A program made the position numbers and the translations under genes. A model generated the notes under the pieces. The model was not told where the DNA came from and ran no database searches. It saw only the letters and a program-made list of their open reading frames with translations. A stretch of 63,789 nucleotides of DNA, filler included, from Kipferlia bialata (lineage: Eukaryota): assembly GCA_003568945.1 (NCBI GenBank). It is 6 parts of 6 records of this genome, joined end to end, with 100 filler letters (N's around TTAATTAATTAA, not from the genome) between each part and the next. Parts side by side here need not be neighbours in the genome. Positions count along the whole stretch, not along the records: positions 13,366 to 26,610 come from BDIP01000974.1; 5 more parts are not named here. One strand, written 5' to 3'. Shown piece by piece: positions 13,266 through 22,300 of the stretch. Each line of letters starts with the position of its first letter. The stretch's first letter is position 1.

Positions 13266-13365
13266 NNNNNNNNNNNNNNNNNNNNNNNNNNNNNNNNNNN
13301 NNNNNNNNNTTAATTAATTAANNNNNNNNNNNNNNNNNNNNNNNNNNNNNNNNNNNNNNNNNNNN
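13266..13365. other. Artificial contig linker (N run, TTAATTAATTAA, N run); also at 26611-26710, 39942-40041, 53268-53367, 59449-59548
   Basis: Identical 100-nt construct five times; TTAATTAATTAA has stops in all six frames; gene content changes abruptly across each. Confidence 0.97.
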
Positions 13366-13418
13366 AGTATCAGTATCAGTATCAGTATCAGTATCAGTAT
13401 CAGTATCAGTATCAGTAT
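13366..13418 (+). repeat. (AGTATC)n microsatellite at the start of contig 2
   Basis: About 8 perfect hexamer copies. Confidence 0.9.
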
Positions 13419-13777
13419 TATAGTATTAGTTGAAGAACTTCTGTCGGTGCTCGCAGCTGAATCGACCCCCCTATATGGCTTTGCCTACCCTTCAAGGAGA
13501 GGATGATGAAAATTTTTTTGAAATCGGTGAAGATTGCAAAAATGAGGGTTTGACACTTTCGATCGCCCATAACTCGCTGAATACCCGGTTAGAGTCACTG
13601 ATGGTAGTATACTACAACTAGCTGCGCTGAGCGCCTTTGCCACGTTAAAGACCCGGATCGCGTAACGAATTTCCGGCTGAGATATGAGATAGGGTTGTGT
13701 TACTGAATATTACGCGAAAACGGCTCGTCAGGATTTTTTTAGAGGGCACCTGAAGGTGACTCAGGTCAGTAGCTACT

Positions 13778-14870
13778 GTATGCATATCTCAAAAGTGGGG
13801 GTACCAATACAATTGCGGTCCCTGGAGACAAAGATATGGTACACCTATCGGGAAAATGACTGAAAAGATGGGGTATAATGTGGCACTGAAGGGCCATACG
13901 TCCACACTGTGTGTGCTTATGTCAAAATATGTAGGTAATACACTGTATTGTACTATATAGAGTATTACTGTGTGTTGTTGGTATTCAGTGTGGCCTGTAC
14001 AGTGTAATAGAGATCATTAATGGATTGGAATGTGATACCTGAGGTGAAAATGTACCCGTGGTGAGAACATACCTGAGGTATTATTATACCTGAGGTATCA
14101 AATGAACTTGATGTGAAATTATACCTGAGGTATAATTATACTTGGTGTGAATTTGTACTTCAAGATATTTATCTATTTGAGGTATAATTATACCTATGTT
14201 GATTGTATACCACAAGTGATAAATATACTTGAGGTGTAAATATACTTGTGACTAATATGTACTTTAAGTTATGGATGAGTCAGTGTTAAATACAACTTTT
14301 TCCGAATGTGACCAAGATAAAGAGTTACTGAATGCATGTCTCAGAGTGGGTGTATCGATACAATTGTGGTCCCTGTGGACAAAGTCATGGTGTAGTAATA
14401 GACATAATGACTGAAAAGAAGTGTAAAATGTGTCACTGAGGGGCCTTATGACCATACTGTGTGTGCTGATGTCTAATTTCGGTGGTAATATACTGTATTG
14501 TACTATATATAGTATTACTGTGTGTTGCTGTTATTCAGTATGGTCTGTACAGTGTAATTAAGACTTTTAATGGATTGGAATATGATACCTGAGGTGAATA
14601 GTGTACCTGTGGTGAGAAATTATCTGAGGTATTAATTTACCTGAGGTATCAAATGAACTTGAGGTGAAATCATACCTGAAGTATAATTATACTTGAAATG
14701 ATGGTATACTTCAAGATACGTAATCACTTGAGGTATAATTATAGTTGAGGTGTCAAATGAACTTGAGGTGAAATCATATCTGAAGTATAATTATACTTGA
14801 AGTGATGGTATACTTCAAGATAGGTAATCACTTGAGGTATAATTATAGTTGAGGTGTCAAATGAACTTGA
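13778..14870 (+). repeat. Diverged tandem duplication, period about 550 bp (13778.. vs 14329..)
   Basis: ATGCATATCTCAAAAGTGGGGGTACCAATACAATTGCGGTCCCT vs ATGCATGTCTCAGAGTGGGTGTATCGATACAATTGTGGTCCCT; both copies continue colinearly through ACTGTATTGTACTATATA and TAATGGATTGGAAT. Confidence 0.85.
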
Positions 14871-15170
14871 GGTGAAGTCATACCTGAAGTATAATTATAC
14901 TTGAGTTAATTGTATAACTCAATTGTGAAACATACTTGCCATATAATTATACTAGGGATGTTGTTGAACTTCAATGTAATGTAGCACTTGAGGTTAATTT
15001 CAAGCTTGTGTGATTTTGTACCTCATGTGAACAGTATAACTGAACTGTAATTGTAATCGAGGTGATGATGTACTTCAAGTGATGGATACACTGGAGGTGT
15101 AATTGTAACAGAGATTAATGTGTACTTCAAGTGATGTATGTACTTGAAGAATACTAGACTGAGGTGGAGT
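14030..15170. repeat. Minisatellite of a ~17-18-bp palindromic unit (ATACCT-G-AGGTAT consensus) with a 104-bp higher-order repeat
   Basis: Many TA(C/T)(C/T)TGAGGT(A/G) copies; 21-bp odd palindrome AATTATACCT-G-AGGTATAATT at 14117-14137; AAATGAACTTGAGGTGAA at 14651, 14755 and 14859. Related patches at ~15800-15925 and ~23775-23960. Confidence 0.85.
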
Positions 15171-15226
15171 ATAGTGGACGGCCGACCAAAAACAATGTTT
15201 ATATCTGCGGACAAAATTCTGACATC

Positions 15227-15661
15227 TCAGCACAGAATTTGGGGGAAGGTATGAGGAGAGTCACTGTAGGTAACATACAACAATGAATACTTGCTCAATA
15301 TATATTATCTACCAGTCTGGGTGGTATATCTCAACTGCATTCGTTACAATGTCCAGAGCCTCTCTCAACCGTGACCGCTCCTCAGAGGAGTCTGTTTCCT
15401 CCACGAAGCTACAGATGCCTGCCTCGCATAGAGGGTGGAGGGGTTCACGTAAGCGCCTCCTAGCACGACGCTCAGCATGACGCTCGGCTCGGGTCATCTG
15501 AACACCACCTGATCTGACATATACGTGGGTCAGTCCCTCATCGTTGTCACTGTCATGAGAGTGTTATGTAATGAGTGTATGTGGTATACGTTGTACCTGA
15601 TTGACAGTAGAACACCATATGGGTCCTCTGGAGATGACTCTTCTGTATCCTTGATTGTCAT
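15227..15661 (-). CDS. Small 3-exon orphan protein (~112 aa) inside the Helitron region; exons 15661-15597, 15549-15313, 15263-15227
   Basis: Two GT-AG introns splice in phase: MTIKDTEESSPEDPYGVLLSISDNDEGLTHVYVRSGGVQMTRAERHAERRARRRLREPLHPLCEAGICSF...YHPDCDSPHTFPQILC-TGA. Confidence 0.5.
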
Positions 15662-16321
15662 GTAGTGGGTGATACGTAAAGGAGATAACCAGTGTCGTGT
15701 CTCTTGTGTATGAATATATGTTGTATATCTGTCATAAAGGTATGAATTAATAGCCTGTAGTATTTAGTATACTACAGTTATAAGTAGTATATGATGTTAT
15801 GTATACACTTGAGGTGTGAATATACCTGAAGTATTTTATTACCTAAGATGTTGACTTTACTTCAGGTTATAATATATCTGAATTGATTGTTGAACTTAGA
15901 GTGATTATTATACTCAAGTTGTTGTGGTGGATAGTGGACGGTCATAAACAATGTTTTTGGTTTAAGCAGTCATTATCATTACTGCCTCTCTTTCCGTGGA
16001 ATTGTAACACTGAGGACACTGGTACGACTGATAACATTGTATCATATACGTGGGAAAGTGATATAAATGCGCGGGTGCAGTTGTATAGGGAAAGGACGTT
16101 GTGGGTAGATACCTCTGCACCCCTTGCGTATATCCCATTATAAAGACCCCTAGGGCCATGTTCCTGTTTATATATAGCCGAAGGCTGGCGTGTGAATGTA
16201 TTAGAGACGAGTTGTCGAATAAGGCTTATATGAGTGCCAATGAGAAGCCCTATTGTATATACTATATGGCACCTGTCCCTGAAAGTTGATGCAGTAGGGT
16301 ACTGTACATACTGCATCAAGT

Positions 16322-19300
16322 ATGCGCGCGCATCTAGATGATGTGCTGCGTCTGTTGCTCCTTTTGGCCCTGTTGTCTTGGGCCGTTGTGTTGTTTGTGA
16401 GTGATCCCCCTCGTACCCTTCAGTTCCCCCTTACACCTCTGACATATGATGTCATCATCCGTGTCCCTGTGCCACACACCTACGAGCAGCGTATGGGTAG
16501 TGTCCTGATCTATGATCCTGTATCTCTCTCGGATCGTGCAAGAGAGTGGATGGATGATCCTGATACTATTGGAGTGTTACCCTACACTGTGCACTCCCTT
16601 AGTCTGCAACTGCCGTGTGTGACTAGTCTGTCTCTCATACGTTTCCCCCCTCGTCGTCGACCCGTTGTTCGTTATCTTCGTTATGTGAGACCCTCTCCTG
16701 TGCGTAAACCTTGTGTGTCTGGCTCACGTCGTGACCGGTCCTCTCGTGTGCGTGTCAGAGATGTCATGATGCGTAGTGCTGTGAAGCGAGGTAGTAAGAG
16801 AGTAGGGCTTGACTTGGCTGCTCACATGTGTGGTGGAGGGAGAAACTATGTGCATGCTTCAAAGCCTCCACGTGGTCCTGTAGCGTTGGATGACCACTCG
16901 TATGAGTATGTAACCACTCAGGGATACCAGTTGGACGATGATGTAGTTGGTTATGCTAGTGAGAGGTTAAGGGATCTGTATCGGCCAGTACCAGAATGTG
17001 TACATGAGAGAGAGTGGTGTGCAGGTAACCCTGTGTTTAACAACCCTCGGTTTATGGATACAAGTGGTGCTCAACGTTACCAGAGACATCCCGGTCCCCA
17101 AATTGCCCTTACATATGGGACTGGTGGTCATTGGGTTGTGTTCAATCTCGTTGCAGGTGCCAGGAACATTAACACTGGTGCTATAGAGAATCATGTAGAG
17201 GTGTACTGTTCCCTTGGCAGGACTCCTGAGAGTGGTGATGGGGCCTACTTGACTGACATTATTGCTGGTCAACTGGTGGCTGTCTATGGACCTGGGTTTG
17301 TTGATACTGTATCATTCCCGAAGATGGCTCAATATCAAGATCCAGGGAGTAATGACTGTGGTGCGTTTGCTGTTGCCTATGTCGAGACTCTCCTGAGAGG
17401 TCTGGATCCATCTAGACGAGTGTATGACAAGAGTACTATACGTCATCACACTTGGGATCTGTATCATAATAGGGCACGTCCTACTGGTCCCACTGCTACC
17501 CGTCGTCTTTGTAGGAGTGAACCTCGCATTGGGCGACGTCCTCCGGTTAGACATTATGATGTCGGTGACTATGTGACTGAAGCTGCACATGCTGTGCGGG
17601 TAAGACGGGCACTAGCTGCTCTTAGGCGTCGTTACTCTAAGCTTCGTGTACCCACACGCCCATCTTCTAGTGGTGGTGTTGGTGCTGACGTGTCTGATAT
17701 GTCATCTAAGTGTGGTGTCAAGTGTCCTAAGCCTAAGCGTTCTGCCTCAGAATGTGTTAACCCTGTCGCTGTATCTGTTGCCTCGTCTAAGCCTAAACAC
17801 GATCGGGTGGTGGAATGTGGTCCTGGTAGTCATTGTACAGTATCTCGTGCTACTGGTCGTGTCGTCAATCCTGATGGCTCATATTCTGTTGTACAACCGT
17901 TGTCTGGTGATGCAAAGACATGGTCTAAGACTGAAGATAGTGCACTTGTATCTAAACCGGGATATGTGGGTCGCAAGAAACGTCTTATGCGTCGTTCTGT
18001 CTCATCTCGTCCTGCTATGCCGTCTACGCCAGTGCGCCATGCTAGTGATAAAGTGGGTGTTGGGGAGGAGTCTGATATCCCTTCATCTACTCTCCCTGTC
18101 GTGGAGTCGCCTGGTCCGAGGATATCTGATATCTTGGCCTCTGGTGGTACGAGGTTACCTCTTGTCATGTCAGTTAGTCCTCGTGTCAATCGTTTTGGTC
18201 GGTCTAAGTACTTCTCTACTGACTGTGCCGTGGCGGTGCGTAAGGATAAGGATGGTAATGTAATTCCTGAGAGTGATGATGAGCCCTCTGGTGATGGCTC
18301 TACTACTGCTCTTGAGGATTCTATTATAGCCAGTAGTGAGGGTGAGCATGAACATGATCGTGGTGCGATGCTTAGGCTCTTCAATGACCCTCACTTTGGT
18401 GACCCTCTTCCTAATGGTTCAATGCAATATGAAGAGTCTATTCAATACGATGACTCTATTGCACTACCTAAGGCATCTGTGTTAGAATCTGAATCTGAGG
18501 GTGAGAAGATTGAGCCTCTTGAGGAGGAATCTTATGGGTCTTATCTCTCTTTCAGTTTCGAAGAGTCCTTGTCCGCTGGTGACTCTATCTTCAAGGATAT
18601 ACCTGATGATGAAATTGAGAACGTCAGGTCAATGTTGAAGGAAGCGAGAGACATGGAGATGGGACGGGACTGTGTCATTAAGATTGATGATACTAGTACT
18701 GAGTCGTCTCCTAAGAAGCTCCATGATGATGAGGAGGATTTCAGAGATGTCTACGTTGACCCTACAGCTGGGCAGTGTCGGAAGAGTTATCATGTGCATC
18801 GTGGGAAGGGTATTGGTCCATTGGCTGAGAGATACATTGATAAGTATGTCTTCAGACTGGGTGGTCGTTTCAATACGCCCTGTCATTTCTGTGGTGCTTG
18901 GTTCTTTCAGCCAGAGACTATCAAAATGAGTATGGCAGAGAAGCTGAAGCTGAAGGGCAAATACAAGCCGGCTAATCTTGACCGTGATCTTTACTATGGT
19001 CGGTTCTGTTGTGACAAGGGCAAGGTTTCATATGCTCTCCCTACTGTCTCTGAGGAGCATTATCCATTGTATGACAGGTTACTGCGTGATAGGTTCTTCA
19101 TGCGGTGGATATTGTGGTATTCAGATCAAGTTGCATTGGTGCATCGCTACGCTGACAGACACCTTAGGATAGGTGGTCAGGGTGTTCCTGCAGTCGCTAG
19201 GAGAGGGACTGAGGGGCATAGGATCACAACTGGTCTTGTACCGCCTACAGATGTGAAGGATTGTCAACATGCAGCTAGGTGGCTAGTGGATAAGGAGAAG

Positions 19301-22300
19301 AGACCTCCGTTAGAGTTGAAGGCTGGTGTCACACAAGACATAGTCGATACACTTGATGAGATTATGGAAGATAATCTCACAATTAAGGAGTTTCAGATCT
19401 TGTCTAGGGAGGCTGCTGTTGGTGGTGCCTGTCTGGTGTTACCTGGGTCTAGGAAGAGTAGGGAAAGTGCAGCTGAGCATAGTACCTACAATTCAGATAC
19501 CTTCTTCTTGGTTGACGATGATTATGTGCCTGACGAGTATGACGTTGTGTTTGAGCCTATCGATTCTGGTGATTCGACTAAGCATCATCTACATTGTTCT
19601 CATGAGTCCTTTGACAGGACTCGGTTCACCTTCCTGTTCGGTGGACATACTACTGGATGGGAGAAGGATGATATGCAGGTAGTTGGTGGTCTGACTAAGA
19701 ATGGGAAGATTGACATCAAGAATCAGGATCCCATTCCTTATGCTGCTCATACACGGTACCTACTGCAAGAGAGGAGGAGGAAGAATGATATTCTGCTGCG
19801 TAGTGGTCAGTTGTTGAGTGAGTATGCTATTGCGTGTCATGGTCGGAACATTAAGCTGAACACTGGTTGGATACGTAACAATCAGAAGAAGTTGAAGGTT
19901 GACAAGTATAAGAAGTGGCAGCAGGCTCTGAGATCTGGTGAGATGAATAAGATAGGAGCGCCTGTTATACTTCCCAGTACTTTCAAGGAGAGTGAGCGGT
20001 ACTACAACAATTGTCGTATGGACTCTGTGACCTTGATTGAGGAGTTTGGTGTGCCTGACTTGTTTATAACCATGACACTCGATGGGAGTTGTGACGACAT
20101 ACGTGTGGAGGGTTCAGCGAAAGGTGGTGACCACCTTCAACGTGCTGACCTAGGTGCCCGTGTATTCCATCAACAGCTACAGCATTTGGAGGATATGGTT
20201 GTGAAGGGCAAGGTGTTCGGACCCATTAAGTGCTGTAGTTGGAGGGTAGAGTTTCAAGAGAGAGGTCTTCCCCATGTCCATATGTTAGTGAATCTCAAGG
20301 AACCTATTGAGACGCCAGAGAGAGCTGACTTGTTTGTATGTGCAGAGTTGCCTCCTGAGAGTAGTCCCCTTTATGACATTATCTATACCCACAACATGCA
20401 TGGTCTTAAGAAGAGTGGGTGTAAGTATAGTCAGTGTGGTATTAAGGCTGCGACTGATGCTAAGGCTGATGGTTGGGAGTGGGATCATGCCAGTGACGAG
20501 TGTGCTGATGGCTATCCTAAGCGTTCCTGTCTTCGTACATATAGGGGTGACTATGGTTTCGTACCTAGACGTCGAATTCTGGAGCCGGGTGGGAACAAGT
20601 TGAATGGGCATGTCATTGGGTATAATCCTTACCTCTCCAGTGTCTTCAGGACAATGGTCAATGTTGAGGCCGTCACCTCTGCTAAGGCATCTGTGTATGT
20701 TAACGCTACATCTAAGGTCCATAAGTATATTCACAAGTCTGCACATGTGGATAATATTGTGGTGACTGATGCCTATGATGAGGTTGCTGCATATGATTCT
20801 GGTATGGTGGTTACAGCTCACGAGGCATTCTGGAGAACGTTTCAGTTTGAGTTGCGTAACACTTATCCTGCTGTTCAACTTCTTATTGTTCATGCTCGGG
20901 GTGAGCAGTCAGTTACCGTACCTCTGGATGATGTGGCAACAGGGGCACAGGTGTATCATGCTGAAAAGAAGTTGGATGATTGTGAAGACAGTACTCTTGA
21001 GGCATACTTCAAGCGTATGGACCTTGACTATCGGTTCTTACAGGCAGACGCTGTTGCCGATCACTCTGGTGAGACTGTGAAGAAGCGTACTGCTAGACTT
21101 CAATTGGTAGCTGCTGCAAGAGCCAGAGGTAGTTGTCTCTATCAAGACATACCTAAGTTCTGTAAGTGGGAGAACCATGCTTGGGTGCCATACAAGATCA
21201 TTAAGACGTGGGATACTCTAGGGCGTCTCAGTGTGACTACTAGGGCTGATGAAGAGGCACACTATGTTGGGTTGCTCCTCAGGGAGAGGGGTGGTATCAG
21301 GAGTTGGGATGATCTGCTAACAGTTGTTAATGAGGATGGGGAGTATATCCTATGGCCCAACGCTAGGGAGGCTGCAAGGGCTAGTGGTATTCTCTCTGAT
21401 GCCACTGTGTCTCAGGTGCTTGACAATGCTATTGACTTTGGGGGAACCTATGCTGATACCGATACTGATAACGTGGTCAATGCTCGTATTGACCTCTTTA
21501 TGACCTTGTTGAAGCAGGAGCTTGTGGGTGATACCTTCCTAATCCTTGATGAGCATAGGCGGTGGTACTCTATGGCACGTAGAGATGTGTTGCAAGTGTG
21601 TGACTATATGCGTGAGGTTGACGTACACCTGACTGACGAGGACCTCCGTACGATGGTTCTGGCTGACATCTATCATGCCATGATTGCCAAGAGCTTCAGT
21701 GTGAACCTTAGGAACTCACTGCGTCTGACAGCGGCCGTGATGTTGGAGCTTAGAGATAAGTTATTACTGTGTGACAATGACTCTTTTCTTGCTCGCTTCG
21801 ACACTGTCACTGACAATATCATTGAGGAGGCAGATGAGGGTAACCGTCTGTCAGTCGTAGATATGTCTTTGGTGAAGGTAGAGTTGGATTATGACATCCA
21901 TCAGCAGCAGGAGGAGTATGATAATACTGAGTGCAACTTGACTGTTGAAGGTGGACAGCGTGGTGCTTTTGACCATATTGTACATTCAATTGACAATGAT
22001 GAAGGGAAGCACTTCCACTTAGATGGTCCTGGTGGTTCAGGCAAGACGTATCTGTTGAAGTGTATCCTCAATTATGTGAGGGCGCAGGGAGATATTGCGT
22101 TGGTTAGTGCTTCTTCTGGAGTGGCTGCGTCTCTACTCCCTGGTGGGGTCACTCATCATAGTCGGTTCTGGCTAAAGGTGTATTCAGACCCTGATACTCC
22201 CAGAGAGATCAATCTCAGTCGGTCTCATCCTGTGGCTACTCTCCTTTCTGACAATCGTGTTAGAGTGTGTATTCTTGATGAGATATCAATGATGCAGCGT

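Noticed and set aside
357..13313. ORF-track peptides rich in LSLSLS, YIYIYI, ERERER or poly-Pro
   Set aside because: Mostly translations of intronic microsatellites and poly-C.
13310..13321. TTAATTAATTAA repeated five times, mostly ~13.3 kb apart
   Set aside because: Synthetic six-frame-stop linker inside N runs; neighbouring contigs are not biologically linked.
14030..15170. CRISPR array
   Set aside because: Units are short, degenerate and contiguous, with no unique spacers and no cas genes; the context is eukaryotic.
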